Assembly: GCF_009914755.1 (NCBI RefSeq)
Contig: NC_060935.1
DNA length: 64,000 nucleotides
Direction: 5' to 3' (one strand)
DNA from: the human T2T-CHM13v2.0 reference genome, Homo sapiens
Shown here: positions 14,871 to 29,958 of the stretch, piece after piece
Position numbering within the stretch: the first letter of the stretch is position 1
Layout of the letters: each line of letters begins with the position of its first letter
Position numbers and translations under genes: made by a program
The notes under the pieces: model-generated
Database searches by the model: none
What the model was told of the DNA's origin: nothing
Seen by the model: the letters and a program-made list of their open reading frames with translations, nothing else

Positions 14871-15737
14871 TGTGACACTGTGATATAATAAGAAACATAT
14901 TTGCTCTCTGCCCCTGGGTCCTGGCATACAGTTACTAAAACCCTTGGACTCTCTAACATGATAAGTGTTTCTTTGTAAGCTAATGAGATGACTGATGGCT
15001 GGGGGCTCCTGGATAGCCTCAGGAGGCGGGACTGGTTGCCAGGGAAACCAGCCTTCTGATGAGAGGTTTGGGACTTTTGGCTTCACCACCCAACCTCCAG
15101 GGAGGAGAGAGGGGCTAAAGGTTGCGTTGATCACCGGTGGCCAATGATTTAATCAACCACGTCTATGTAATGAGGCTTCCATAAAAATCCAAAAGGACAG
15201 GGTTCAGGAGCTTCCAGGTTGCTGAACACCTGAGGGTGCCTAGAGGTAGGGCACCCAGGGAGGGCATGGAAGCTTTGAGCCTCTTTCCACCAACCTTGCC
15301 ATATGCATCTCTTCCATCTGGCTGTTCTGTGTAGCTCTTATAATATCCTTTATAATAAACTGGTAAATGTTAAGTGTTTCCCTGAGTTCTACGAGCTACT
15401 CTAGCAAATGAATCAAACCCGAAGAAGAGGTGATAGGAACCCCAATTTATAGCTTGTCGGTCAGAAGCACAGGTCACAACCTAAGGCTTGTGACTGGCAT
15501 CTGAAGTGAGAGGGAGTCTTATGGGACTGAGCCCTTAATCTGTGAAATCTGGTGCTATCTCAGGTAGACAGTGTAATAATTGAGTTAATTTATGAAACAC
15601 CCAGTTCGTGTCAGCTGGAAAATTGCTTGGTTGGTGTGTGGGGACCTCTCCACTATCACCACCAAACTCCTGGTATCAGAAGTATTCTGTGGTGAGCGAG
15701 AGTAGAAAACACACTTTGGCTGTCTCCATCTTTAATA
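14871..15737 (+). mobile_element. MER21 (MER21B-like) solo LTR
   Basis: Starts tgtgacactgtgatataataagaaacatatttg...; contains ggccaatgatttaatcaaccac, aataaactggtaaatgttaagtgtttccctgagttct and gtcagaagcacaggtcacaacc, all typical of MER21. Confidence 0.82.
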
Positions 15738-15869
15738 GTCAGCTATTATTTTTATGTAGTCTTCGGGGTCTCCCATAGAACACAGCATGCAGCAAGAAAG
15801 AGAAGGAGTGAACGGCATTTATTGGGTGACTACTTAATAGAAGACACTTTCTAAATATCATCTCATGAA

Positions 15870-16065
15870 TCCCAGCTCCCCTACTTACTAGTAGTGTGAC
15901 CTTGGGCAAGTCACCTAACTAATGTACCTCAGTTATCTCATCTGTAAAATACACATAATCATTATCCTTATAGGGCTGCGGTAATATAAAGATTAAATAA
16001 ATACACGTAGACTGCTTAAAGCAGTTTCTGACACATAGAAACTGACCAATAATACCAGCTATTAT
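15870..16065 (+). mobile_element. MIR SINE
   Basis: cccagctcccctacttactagtagtgtgaccttgggcaagtcacctaac...ctcagttatctcatctgtaaaat. Confidence 0.8.
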
Positions 16066-16155
16066 TGCTATTAAATCCTTACAACAACATTGAGAGATGG
16101 ATAAAAGAAACTTCATTTTATAGATGAGAAAAATAAGACTATAAAAGTGTAAGCA

Positions 16156-16438
16156 GGCTGGACACAATGGCTCGTACCTACAATCTCAGCACTTTGGAAG
16201 GCCAAGACAGGCAGATCTCTTGAGTCCAGGAGTTCGAGACCAGCCTGGGCAAGACGGCAAAACCCAGATTCTACAAAAAATACAAAAAATTAGCTATGCA
16301 TGGTGGTGGCATCTTAGTCCCAGCTACTTGGGGGACTGTGGTGGGAGGATCGCTTGAGCCCAAGAGAACAAGGCTGCAGTGATCATGCCACTGCACAACA
16401 GCCTGGGCAACAGTTTGAGTGTTTCAAAAAAAAAAAAA
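16156..16438 (+). mobile_element. AluJ
   Basis: Diverged Alu dimer with polyA; inserted in a reverse MIR. Confidence 0.88.
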
Positions 16439-16559
16439 TGTATAAGCAACTTGACTAAGTTCATCCAGTCAGTAATTGAACCAGATTTTCCTGACTGAAA
16501 ATCCATGCTCTCTACAAAATGTATTCAGTAGAGGAAACATCCATTTCATTCTGGAGGGT

Positions 16560-17700
16560 TATTCCAGGGAACCACTATAGTGATAAGTAGGCCCTCAGAG
16601 AACTAGACATCATGGGCAGGGATGAGAGTCAAGCAGGCCTGGGAAGAATGGGTACAAGTGAGCTCAGTGAGATGCAGAAGTCTGGTCTGGCTTTGACGCC
16701 ATGCAGAGGAACGTGGGCTTCATTATGAAGATCGTGGGTAGGCATTAGTGGACTTCAAGCAGGGGAGTGACATGTCAGTAATGTATTTTGGAAAAATAAC
16801 TCTAACTACCAAATATTTGCGTGTGGGTGGGAGATAGGATAGCTTAAGCCTGAAGATGGATGAGGTGTCAGCACTCAGTAAGAGAGAGTGAAAGCTGGAC
16901 CTGGGCTAAGGTGGTAGCAGCAGACATGGAGAGAATGAGAAAGAACTTAGGAACCAGAAACCAAACAAAGTTTATGATTAATTCCATGTGGGAAGTGTAA
17001 CAGAGAGAGAGGAATTAGGACTAAATACAAATTTCCGGATTAGTGACTGGGTAGATGATGGAGTTATTTGCTGCTGAGTAAAGGAATGTAGGGAGAGGAG
17101 TGTGTTTCATGATGGGGATGGCAGGCAAGCAAACGATGGGTTCAAGTTTGGGCATGTTGAATGTGAGATGTCTGTGGGGCATGTAAGTGGAGACATCCCC
17201 TGCTAGTGAGATATTCAGGTTTACAGATCAGGAGCGAACTTTGGTCTGTCTGTGCAGATTGGGTTGAAATGCACATAAGCATTGGTTGAAGGAATGAATG
17301 TGGCTGTGAGTGTCTAAATGGATTGCAAGGAACAAGAAGAGAAAAGGGTGGGAATGAAACTCTGGGGAACATCAAGATTTAAGGAGCTAGGAGGAAAGGA
17401 ATAAAGTGGAGGAGATGAAGAGCTGAACGATTATGAAAAAAAGAAGAGAGTGTTTCAAGGAGGGAGTGAGCAACCTCGTCAAATGCTACAGAGGTCACCT
17501 GCGATAGGGCAGAGCCATATCGGTGGCATCTGGCATTTGATTGTGATTGGGGGCAGGTGCCAAGTTGCAATGTTTTGAGGAGTGGATGGAAGGTAAAAAA
17601 AGGGAAACAAAGTAGGTAGATTCTTCTTCTTAAAAGCTCTACTGGAGGAAGGAGAGAGAGGACAGTGGCTAGAGAGAGTTACAGGGTAGAAGACTTCCTC
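16560..17700 (-). mobile_element. L2 LINE fragment
   Basis: Purine-rich reverse L2: tttaagcaggggagtgacatg-like motif, ttcaagtttgggcatgttgaatgtgagatgtctgtggggcat, gtcaaatgctacagaggtca. Confidence 0.72.
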
Positions 17701-20700
17701 ATCATTTTTAAATACTTCACAGCAGTTAGTACAATACTTGGTATTTTGTAGGTACAAAGTTAAACATTCTAGAATGGAGGATTCCGCCATCTTGCCTAAT
17801 TCTTTCACTTTATGTTTTTCCTAGTCTTCCAAATTTTCCTCCTTTTCTCTATCCCAACAGGAAATGCAGAGAGGCTGCAATTCCTTGTTCAAATACTAGG
17901 TGGAAGGCATACAGTTTGTTTCTTCTGCAGTGGCTAAACAGGTTGTATGTAATAGGAACTTCCGTATGCATCTGAAGCAGAAAAGATAAGAAAGAAGCCA
18001 GGCCACAATAAACACAGATATTACAGAGAAAGCATCGGTGTTGCATTCAGGTATTCTTTTGGTTGGGTTTTATTTCCAAATAAATATACGTATATGGCAA
18101 ATCTTATTTAAGGAACAACAAAAAAAAATACTCCATGGGAGACTTACAAAAGAGATGGACGGCATTGAGTGGGTTGAATGAAAATTTTGGCAGCATATAT
18201 TTTCAGGAAATCTGAGGATACTAAAAGCCTATTTAAAATAGTATCCTATTTGATCTTGATAACCAAAGATATTTCAAAGCATCAGGATTGGGTCTAATCG
18301 CTTGTTAAATTAAGGTCACATATGGGACTTGCTTTTGACCAGACAGTTTCATGCTCCTGAATAAGAAGGCTCTAATAAAGTTTGATCTTTGGATGCCTAT
18401 CATATATTATCAAGCCTATCATTTTCTCCATCAAAGAAAATATAGTCAGAGGTCAGAAAATAAGGGAGTGGGGAGGGGGAGTGGGAAGGACAGAGCAATC
18501 CAACAACCCTTGATCCATCTCTGCATCAATTGAGACCATTCTCCACTATCTGTGCTCACATAGTAAGCACACATCATTTTATTTCTTGCTTTTGCTTCCC
18601 ATGATATTTTTAAACTTTCAATATCATTAAGTAACACCCTTTTTTCCTCCATGATAGCTAGTGTCACAGGTGCTTTTTTCCTCCTTTTTATTATTTTTGG
18701 CAGCAGAGAGATTTTTTTTCTCTCCCATTGACCTGTACCTATTCCTAGCAAATTCACTGCTTCATGACAAGCGCCAACAGTCATACGCAGATGCAATTTA
18801 TCTTTGCGCGCAGCTGGTCTGTGTGCATGTGTGTCTGTGTGAGTGTTCTTCTTTCCCATTGTTTGACTCCTTTTAACTCCACTCAGATCTCTCTAATCAC
18901 AGTTTGGAATTCACCTGAATTTCCCTGCTGTGAGAGCTGAAAAAGCTGACATCAAGTTGCTAAGACCACAGCTCTGAAAAGGAAATGGCACATCTTTATT
19001 GGTGGAACACATTAAAAGATGTGAATGTGAGGTTTTTAAGTAAGATGCTGCATACGCATAACCTCTAGGTGCTTGACAGTGACATTGTCCCACATGTTGG
19101 CCATCTCCTCCATAATTAAAGAAAAGCTTTGAAAAAAGAATACAAGTGTTTGATTTTCACACTAAAACATTATTCTGGGAATTCAGAGCCCACAGCTGGC
19201 TATGCCCAATCCAAAGCATGGAAATTGTTCACACAAATCTTTTCATGAGGTTGAGGGAGACTTCAGCATTCCAGCTATATTCTGCTCTGAGGGAAACATT
19301 TTAATTTCTTTTGATTTCTTATGTGTCCATTGACAAGGTTAGTTTTCTTTTTTTCTAAAAAAAAAAAGAAAGTTGCTATAGTAACAATCATCTATCACAG
19401 GGCCCCTACTTGAGTACTTACAAATGCTGCTCGTTAAACAAGCAGATCCTTGTGCCACGTGGAAGGCCAGAGAGAAACATCAGTATATCAAGATTGTCAA
19501 AGATTAAATGGTGAAAATAAAAGATTTTTAAAAATGGAAACAGAAGCATCAGTGGATGCTTCCATCGGATAGGGCACTCTATACATAACACAGCTATTTC
19601 TCTACCACAAGGCCAACCAAACAATTTCATAGTGATCAGACTTGACAGGGCCTTGAAGAAAGCAATTAAGAGGAAATGGGCTTAGGCCATTCCCAAAGAC
19701 AGTCTGATGTCTGGTTTTTGCTCAAAACTCAGCAGCCATGTTGTGTGGCATGAAGCATGACCTGGGGCAGTGTCCATCTCAGGAGCATGGCCTCGGGCCT
19801 GCCTCTCAGAGGCCCTGGAGTGAAAGCAGGGCTCCGCCCAAGAACCTGTGTACATCCATTTCCTTTTCCTGGGAGTAGCTGGACTAAAATGCCTGAGCCG
19901 CTGGGTATGCTTCTTGACTTACACAAATGTCACCAGGAGTATTTGTGTGAAGATCATTTCAGTCTACGAAGTACTAACAGGATATAAAAAGCCATCACAG
20001 AACCAGAAGGAGACCATTCTTCCCTCCCCTCTGATTCTACTTTCTAGGTAAGAGGAGGATAGGCCTCTGACCTCCCACTCTTGCCCCAACTTCACCTTCT
20101 GTGATTATGTGTCTGACATCTATGCATTAGCCATCCCTTTCTTCCATAAGCCTATTAGTTTGAAAGAATAACTGATAATACAGGCTTGATTGACTCATTA
20201 CTTTTTGTGATATAAGGAACATAGGTGGCTTAATTGAAAGTGTTTTCAGAAAGAAACAGAAAAAGAAAGGCAAGAAAGAAAGTGTGAGGGCCACTTGGTC
20301 AACTGCTGAGAAGAAACACTGGGGTTTCCCTTTCTGGTTGTGGGCTAAGCAAAAGTTCGCCCTCTGCACTATGGGCTCTCTCTGCATTTGAGTCACAGAA
20401 AATCAGTGAGCAAAAAGGCAACAATACAGAAATATGTTTGGCTTCATCTTTTATGAACAATCTGAATTCAGTTTGCATTTTGCAGGGCAAAAAAAAGGAT
20501 AGTTTTTCTAGAAAATAGATGGGAAGGAGGAAGAGGAGGAGGAAAATAGAACCCAATAGAAAAGTCTTTAAAAGACAAAAAAAAAAAAACAAAAAACTTT
20601 GAGGCTTTCTTTTTCTTAGCGACAAGCTAGGGCTACTCACATTTAATCATGCTGTTCAAAAGGAAGCATATTGTGCCAAAATTTCCATGAGGAAAATTTC

Positions 20701-21499
20701 ACTGCCTTGCATTGTTTTATTTCAGACTGCTCTTTACTTTGAGTCTGTATTTTCAAATTCTTTCTTTGAATATTTATGCCCTCAGGCAGACATATTAACT
20801 CATTTTACATTGAGAATCTCATTACATCAAGTAAAAATCCTAAGCCTGATAAAATGATTTACCCCCTCAATTTAACTTTTATTTTAGTCTCCCACCAGCT
20901 TCCCTGAAGTAGATTTGCTGCCAAGCTATAATACTATTTTAGACTGAGTCATCCAAGCACACTGAACAGCTTTTACTCTGCTCCTAATGTTTCTCCATCC
21001 CCGTTGTTTGAAAAAAAAAAAAAAAAGAAAAGAAAAAAAAGAGAAAGGAACGTGTTTTTCTATGGGTTTGCATTTGAAATGGTTACGAATGATGAAAAAG
21101 AAAAATAGGAGGCTTTAATCCAGGGTGTTTGGCCCCTAGGGAACATAGACTACTCTCTCCCCCATCTCTTAACTCCCTAAAGGGGGCATGTAGTGCTATA
21201 CATTTTTAAGCTCTACTGAGGCCTTGAAACCACTGAAAGCATATGAAGGCGGTTGTATAAGTTTAAGTACACAATGCTTCATTTATTCATGGAGAGAATT
21301 TGAAGTCTTTCATAGAGAGTGTGGTTGAAAACACCTACTGGAAAAATTAAAAATAAAAATAAAAATAAAACATTTGATGAAGCCCCGCTCTAGGAAACTG
21401 ACATACCATCTCCAGAGTTGGAGAATTTGAAGAAAAAAAAAAATCAGGGAAACAGGCCTTGGTTTTTTAAACATCTAATTTAATTATCTTTAATTTGTT

Positions 21500-21667
<168 letters not shown>

Positions 21668-22564
21668 TGATGGTTCAGACTTTGCTATGGGCAAAAATAT
21701 TCCAGACTGAGAAAGGTACCAAGAGTCTTGGTGAGAAATCAGTCTAGAGGTACCAGATTTCAGTTTCTGTCACCTAATTTCATCGTTTGATCCTAATCTC
21801 CTTAGCTCTTGTTCCTTCTCACTCCCTCTTCCCTCCCCACTCAGAACCTCAGTTTGAAATGAATTCATGCAAATCCACCCCACCTATCTCTGCTTTTGCA
21901 AGTCCCACTTTACAGCCTCTGGCTTCTGTAGCTTGTGATCTCACATACTCACACCCTCCCTAGACTCTTAGTGATTTATATTGTTGGCTGTGCTGATGGG
22001 AAAGCCCAAAATATTTTTGGAAATAAAGAAGTAGCATCTAAAGTTTCACCAGAGAGGCTCTCACCATGAAAGGGAATTGTGAATACTGAAAAGTGTTGCC
22101 GGCCTCCCTCCTTTCTGAACTCCTTGAGAACTGGTTAAATGGCAGACTTGAGGGCCCCACATAGGTGTCTTTGTCAGTAGAAAAGGCTCAGGCCCCATCT
22201 GCTGAGCTACCATGGCAAGGATTAAGTATACCTGGAATGTGGAACAGAGCCAAGAACTCTGATCCCAATAGGCAAAGAAATAAACAGGAGTAGGGAGGGT
22301 GGAGAGGGAAGAGGTGAGCTGGCTGGGATCAAAAAGACTGTTGTCAAGATCTCTAGTGAGGCAGAGGCAGCCGGTATGGAGGTTGGTTAGAAACTGAGCT
22401 GTCAGAAGTACGTTTCTGCTGAGGTTCTTCAGGAGAGGACACGGAAGTTCATGGGCTGGCATAGGTCACAGATGGGAATTGCATACAAAGATCCAAAGAT
22501 ACAAGGTAGTGAGGTTTAAGGGGTACATATTAAATGTTTGGTGCTGTGAGGTAGATTATTGGTC

Positions 22565-22880
22565 TTTTTTTGCTTTTTTTTTTTTCTGTAAGAGATGGGG
22601 TCTTGCTCTGTGCCCGGGCTGGAGTACAGTAGCTTGATCATAGCTCACTGTAACATCAAACTCCTGTGCTCAAGAGATCCTCCTGTTTTAGCCTACCAAG
22701 TAGCTGGGACTACAGGTGTGTACCATCATGCTTGGCTATGTATTTATTTATTTTTTGGTAGAGATGGGGGCGTCTTTGTAGGTTGCCCAGGCTGGTCGTG
22801 AACTCTTGGTCTCAAGCAAATCTCTTGCCTCAGCTGAAGCACTGCGATTACAGACATGTAATCCACCACCACACCTGGCG
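22565..22880 (-). mobile_element. AluJ
   Basis: Diverged reverse Alu dimer. Confidence 0.85.
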
Positions 22881-24698
22881 GATTTTTTTTTTTTTTAAAC
22901 CCCATTCATACTCCAAGTAATCCTGGCTCAGAAATTAAATTAATTCAACTGACCAATATGTGTCTCATCTGTTACCTCCTGCAGGGTCTGATCAGTATAA
23001 GCATTCGACAAATATTGAATACCTCTGTGCTGGGCTCTGTCATACACGTGTTCAAGGAGTCACTGGAGTCCAGTGGGGAAGACTGACAATCAATGAATAC
23101 ATAAAATGTCAGGAAGTGATGAATGCTCTGGAGAAACATAAAGCACAGTAAGGGAAGGGAGAGTTCTGTTTTATAGGATGGTCGGTGATAGTGGAGTAGA
23201 TACCTGAATCAGAAGAAGGTAGCTACAAGCATTCCAGGTCCCAGGATCTCAACTTGAAGCACTGAGAGGTGGAATGGACCAAGTGTTCGGATCCCATCTT
23301 AGTGTCTATTCAGGCAATGTTTTCATAGGTCCCCAAAGAAACTGGCTTTGATGAACCTGAAGAGCTATCTCAGCATATCTATGAAAATCAGACTCTGGGG
23401 CTGAGAGGGTCTCTCCAAAGCTGGTAAACTTTTTTTTCCCCACCCTGACAAGTCTGAGGCCAGGAAGCTAGGTATCTACTGGGATTCTAATGTAGCAACA
23501 CAGACAGCAGAGGGGCATTAAGCTCCTGTAAATAACATATGTTTTCTTAGTTGGAGGCAGGGCAGTGCTTTTTGGTTTCTCTTTATACCGCTATAGGTGT
23601 GAATAATGCAATTCTGCTTGAAATTCTACATGCTTTTTATTCCTCATCAGACTCTAACTGTACACTAACATTTGCATATGTCCCTTCTCACTGGGTGGGT
23701 TCTTAAATGGACTCAATGTACTCTATGCTTCTCTCTCTGGGGATGACTGACAAGAGACGACAAAGACAACACTCAGATATTCCAACCCAACCTGCAGAAG
23801 GGCCATATTATAACACTGAAGATTTGGATTCTCTTGGCTCCCTGTATTGCAGTGGGACGCAAACAGAGTCAGCCTGTAGCACGATGTACCTTTTCTGTGT
23901 TCTACTCTGGTCTGACAACATGGCAAGTAGGAGGTCCTGGCTTGTGTGTGTAATTTAGAGACAGGTTTTGTACTCAACTGCTAAGCTTTCTGGTGTTCAG
24001 CCACTGGGACATATGGAGCTGAACTCTCAGAATCTCTGCAGGATTGGGAGGAAGAAGGTGGGAAAACAAATCAGGTTTCCAAAGTGCTTCTACTAAACAA
24101 GTGGATTCCTTTAGCTTGAATGTGTTCCCCTCAGTGGAATATGGTGCTGATTCATATGTATGGCGAAGAGAGTGAGGATTTCAACTTTTAGTTTATCAAG
24201 AGAATCACTCAATAATGGATATATTGAGTATCTACTAAGTGCAAAGTACTATAGTAGCCTGTAAGAGAAACACACAGAAATAAAATACGTAGCACATGAG
24301 GAGGACAACAAAAGCTAAGTAGCGTTTTATAAAGAACAAAGGCAAAGACATCAGCAAGAAGTTAATGATTACTAATAACAAATGATGAATTGAATTGACA
24401 GCCATTAATTCAGGTATCTGAATGAACTATCTCCAGAAGGTAAATCCCAGTATTTTTCTTTGTGAGATTAAACAGGGACAATTTAAGATAGATAAAATTT
24501 AGATAAGCAGAGATGTGAGGGGAGGGCATCCCAAGGGAAGTGAATCTACAGCAAATGTGGGCAGAAAGGAAATAAAAAAAATATGGAAGTCAATAAGGTA
24601 CGGGCACACCACTAGCCTTGCAAATTTCCATAACTGGATTACCTTCACAAAGCAACTGGACTCCTTGACATACCCGGTATCTGTCATGCTGCAAAGCT

Positions 24699-25008
24699 CT
24701 TTTTTTTTTTTTTTTAAATTTTTTGAGACAGGGTCTCGCTCTGTTGCCTAGGCTGGAGTACAGTGGCGTGATCTCAGCTCACTACAGCCTCAACCTCCTG
24801 GGTTCGAAAGATCCTTCCACCTCAGCCTCTTGAAGAGCTGAGATTACAGGCACATGTCACCACACCCAGCTGATTTTTTTTTGTATTTTTTGTTGAGACA
24901 AGGTTTTGCCACATTGCCCAAGCTGATCTCAAACTCCTGAGCTCAAGCAATCTACCTGCCTTGGCCTCCCAAAGTGCTGGGATTACAGACATGAGCCACC
25001 ATGCCCAG
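24699..25008 (-). mobile_element. AluJ with TSD CAAAGCTCT
   Basis: Reverse Alu dimer; caaagctct on both flanks. Confidence 0.88.
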
Positions 25009-25660
25009 CACAAAGCTCTTGTGCTGAGAAAAGTATTGCAGCAAGAATGAAATATGCAAATAAGCATCATTAACAACTAACCCTTCACTACCTTGACAAT
25101 ATACAATCTTCCACTTAGATTAGACCAGAAGATTCTTAGAACAAAAATGGTCTATAATCTGCTGAAAGCTCACCACACCCCAGGACTTAAAAATTGTACT
25201 TAATCAAGACAATCAGAGTTATAAGAAGAAGCCTGGAAAGGGCCTAAAAAATAATTTGGTCTAGGGCTCTGCCTTTTACCAGGTGACTCCAAACTATCCC
25301 AGAAAGACTTCTGTTCTCTTCTTTATATATATACAGATCAAAGACTTCCAAAAGCACCCTCATTTTGTAAGAAATAATTGTGATGAATAAGAATTCATCA
25401 TTCTGTTGAATTCACCCAACATCTGTGAAACCTGTAATTGTAAGACACTGGGCTTGGGTCATGGCAGATGCAAAGTTGACTTATATTTGATTTCAGTGTT
25501 CAGGAAGCACATCATCTGGTAGAGGAAGCAAACATATACACCAATAACTATAAATCAAGGCAGTGAGTGATAGGGGCTCTAGGAGAGCATGCTAAACTAC
25601 AAGCTACTTGCACGAAAAGACTGTCTTTTTCATCTGCAAATTCCCAACTGCAATGTCCAG

Positions 25661-25994
25661 CTATACGGTTTGGCTCTGTGTCCCCAACCAAATCTCATCT
25701 CAAATTGTAATCATTGTAATCCCGATGGTGATTGGATCATGGGGGCATTTTCCCCATGGTTTTTCTTGATAGTGAGTGAGTTCTCAGGTTTAAAAGTGAA
25801 ACTCCTCCCTTTGCGGTCTTTCTTCTACTGCCATGAAAGACGTGCCTTGCTTCCATTCATGCCTTCTGCCATGATTGTAAGTTTCCTGGGGCCTCCTAAG
25901 CCATGTGGAACTCTCAGTCAATTAAACCTCTTTCCTTTATAAATTACCCAGTCTCAGGTATGTGTTTATAGCAGTGTGAAAATGGACTAACACA
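25661..25994 (+). mobile_element. THE1D-like MaLR solo LTR
   Basis: ggtttggctctgtgtccccaaccaaatctcatctc...attaaacctctttcctttataaattacccagtctcaggtatg...ggactaacaca. Confidence 0.85.
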
Positions 25995-26545
25995 CTCATC
26001 ATATAGTAATTTCTCAATAAATGTTTGTTGAACTAAGAAAGACATGAAAAGGGCTAACAGAAAACAATATGGAGAGATGGATCCACAATAATGAAGGTAG
26101 GAACAATCTTCTGGCTCTGATTTAGGTCTTGAAGGGAGGAAAGGAACAGAATAAGTCAAGAAGTGATGCAAAAAAATCTCCTGCCTCTTGCTTGGTCTGT
26201 AGTAGACATGAGTATGTCCGATGAACAGCCTTGTCATAATATTTCTACATAATCAAAGACAAAAAAAAATTCTTTTTTTTTCCTTTAGGTTAAACACAAC
26301 CTCCCCCTTTAACCTTTACTCTTAGTACCTTTTTCCTATTGTTTCATTCCATGATGCTTCTTTTACTCTGAACCCTCTGTCTCTCCATAGTAAAAGAAGG
26401 ATAAAACTCCTTCTACATCTATTGACTCTTACCATTTGTAAAAACATTTTTATGTCCATTACTGCATTTGATTCTCATAATAGCCCTGTGAGGTGGGTCA
26501 GGAAAATCACAGTATCCCTATTATAAGGAGAAAGAAAAGCAGTAT

Positions 26546-27014
26546 TATGGTAGGCAGGATAATATCCCCTCCAAAGACATTCATGCCTTAATCCCTGGGA
26601 CCTGTGAATATGTGAACTTACATGGCAAAAGAGACTGTGTTCTAAAATTTAGTTAAGGATCTTAACATGAGGTGTTTAGCCTGGATTATCCAGGTGAATG
26701 TCATGTAATCACAAGGGTCCTTACAAGGAAGGAGGCAGGAGAGCCAATGAGATTTGAAGATGCTACATTAGCTTTGAAGATGGAAGGGAGCCATGAACCA
26801 AGGCACACAGGCAGCCTTTCAAAGCTGGAACAGACCTGGAAACAGGTTGTCCCCTAGAGCCTCCAGAAGGAAGGCAGCCCGGCCGACACTGATTTTAGCC
26901 CAGTGAGGTTCATTTCAATTTCTGACCCCTTGAAGTGTAATGTGATGTATTTAAGTTATTTTAAGCGACTCAATTTGTGGTAATTTGTTATGGCAACAAT
27001 AGGAAACTAATACA
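26546..27014 (+). mobile_element. MLT1D-like MaLR solo LTR inserted in a MIR
   Basis: ggtaggcaggataat...taatccctgggacctgtgaatatg...ccctagagcctccagaagga...tttgtggtaatttgttatggcaacaataggaaactaataca. Confidence 0.85.
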
Positions 27015-27336
27015 GTCACAGTTTAACGACTTGCTGAAATTCTCACATAACCCAGTTATCAGAGCTGGGTCTAGAACTCCTGTAAGCCTGGCTCTATTTA
27101 CCACTTGGCTCTCTCTCTTAGAGCTACTATATTTCCTTTAATTAACTATTCCTTCCCCACACACCCTCTTTTCTATCACAGTGCCTCGTTTCTTTCAAAT
27201 CACTTATCATGATTTGTAATAATTTTATTTATTTAAATATTAATTGTAGCTCTCCTCCTAACAGAATGCAAGTTGAATGAGAGGGCATAGGCCCTAAATT
27301 TGCTCACCATTAAGTCCCTAATGCCTACAATAGTAG

Positions 27337-27670
<334 letters not shown>

Positions 27671-28119
27671 AAGAAGATTCAGATTCTTAAGGTATGAGGA
27701 TGCAACAGCTGAGTAGAGGCAGAGAGGCTGCCATGGTGGTCCATGGTCCACTGCAGATCTGAAGGATCAGGAGTAATCTATATGCACTTGCTTCTTTGGG
27801 AAGTTGAGATGGAAACTGTGTGATCAGTTGCTGTCCCTGATGACCCCAACAGAGGTCCTCTCCACATGCTCAGGTATGAAGCCAGAAGCCCAGATCCTGA
27901 CAGATCGCACCACGGTGACACTTTACTCTTCCATCCTCTTTGTTAGTAAGTCTACCTCCCAGCTCCTTAAGCACTTTGTTTCCACTCTGCATCTAATTGC
28001 TTTTGGATAATTATATCATTAAGTCTTTGTAATGAATAATAAAAAATAAATCACATCTGTGGAGGGCTGTGGAGCAAGACGCTAGGGTAAGCAAATTGTC
28101 AGTTATTTTCCCTTTCTTT

Positions 28120-28252
28120 GTCCTCATTCCCCTCCTCCCTCTAACCTTCTGAATTAGAATATCGGCCAAGTGGGGACCAAGAATTGTATTTTTAAAAGAG
28201 TCCCTGGATGATGATGATGATGATCAGTGAGGTTTGGAAACCACTGACCTAG
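28120..28252. mobile_element. MER5-family DNA transposon fragment
   Basis: ggggaccaagaattgtatttttaaaagagtccctggatgatg...ggtttggaaaccactg. Confidence 0.5.
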
Positions 28253-29131
28253 AGGATGAGGATTCTCAGAGTCTAAAGGAGAAACCGAAGAATGCAGTTA
28301 AATTACAAAGATCGCCATGTTTCCTTAGTTCTTGCCTCCAAATTGCTCAAGGGATAGTGTCTTGCTCTACTCAGTAATTCTAGGGCAAGTGCTGTGATTT
28401 TGAACCTACAAGATGGGAAAATGGTGCAACAGTCCCTTGGGAGGTAGCCAGATTCATAACTAACGAAAAAGTAGTAATCTGAAGGCAGCCAGAGTCAGGG
28501 GGGGAGTGAAGGATACTTTGGATGCTATTCCAGGTCCCAGGCTCATTTCTGAGAGAGAGAGAAAGGTTCCTAGATCCCCTACTCCGCACCAGCCTTGAAG
28601 AGAATCCAAACCCCATCTTTGGCCCTGGGAGACGCTGGCTTCTCAGAGTCTCTGGCACCCCAGTGGTCTCAGATCTTGGTCAGAAATAAGCAGACTCCCA
28701 GGGATATTCATTACAGTATATTTCCACTGAGATATAGACGTTCAATATTTGTTCAATTATAGCTTGAACTGCCTGCTATGGGGGAAGCCATTAACACAAG
28801 GAGACATGATTCCCCAGTAACAGGAAGGAAAGAATTGGATTTGTCCAGTGGATATTATTAGCACATGGCAAAAAGCATTTAACAGACATGTACTTTGGTG
28901 AAGTGTCAATAAACCCTCAATAAACATGCTTCAGAGAAGCACCATATTATTTTTGCCTTGCTTCAAATTTAAATTTCAGCTTATCAAAGTATTCCTTATT
29001 AATCATAATGAACTCATCCAGTATTAATATAAAATTGTTCTGATTAATGGGCTAGTGCTCTGGCATCTTTCAGGTCACCACAGTGAGGCATTCTTTTTCG
29101 CAACATAAAGAAAAAAAAGAGAGAAGACTAG

Positions 29132-29530
<399 letters not shown>

Positions 29531-29916
29531 CCTGTCTGCTATGATTTTAACTGGCCTGAGAACTGACCTGTGTATGTTAACTACTGCCCTGGGGCGACAG
29601 CACAGAAAAGCTCACAATTCTCCAGCCATGTAGATACAGCTATGCTTTGGCCTCCTGACTTGCAGATAATCTCTCTGAATTTCTAAAACCTAATTCTCTA
29701 CTAAAGGGGTGGAAAACCTGCAGATTTTTTTTTTTTCCTCTAGGGTGATTCTCCAAACTCTTCTGCTCTCCCCTGGAGCTGCAGAAAATCCTTCAGCCTA
29801 CTTAAGTGCCCTACTGTATATGGGTTCTGTGGAGCAGTCATAAAGAACGGGAAAGAAAGTCAAAGAAGGGAGTTGCATAAGAAATGGATGTAGGACAAAT
29901 ACAAATCTTTTAGGCT

Positions 29917-29918
<2 letters not shown>

Positions 29919-29958
<40 letters not shown>

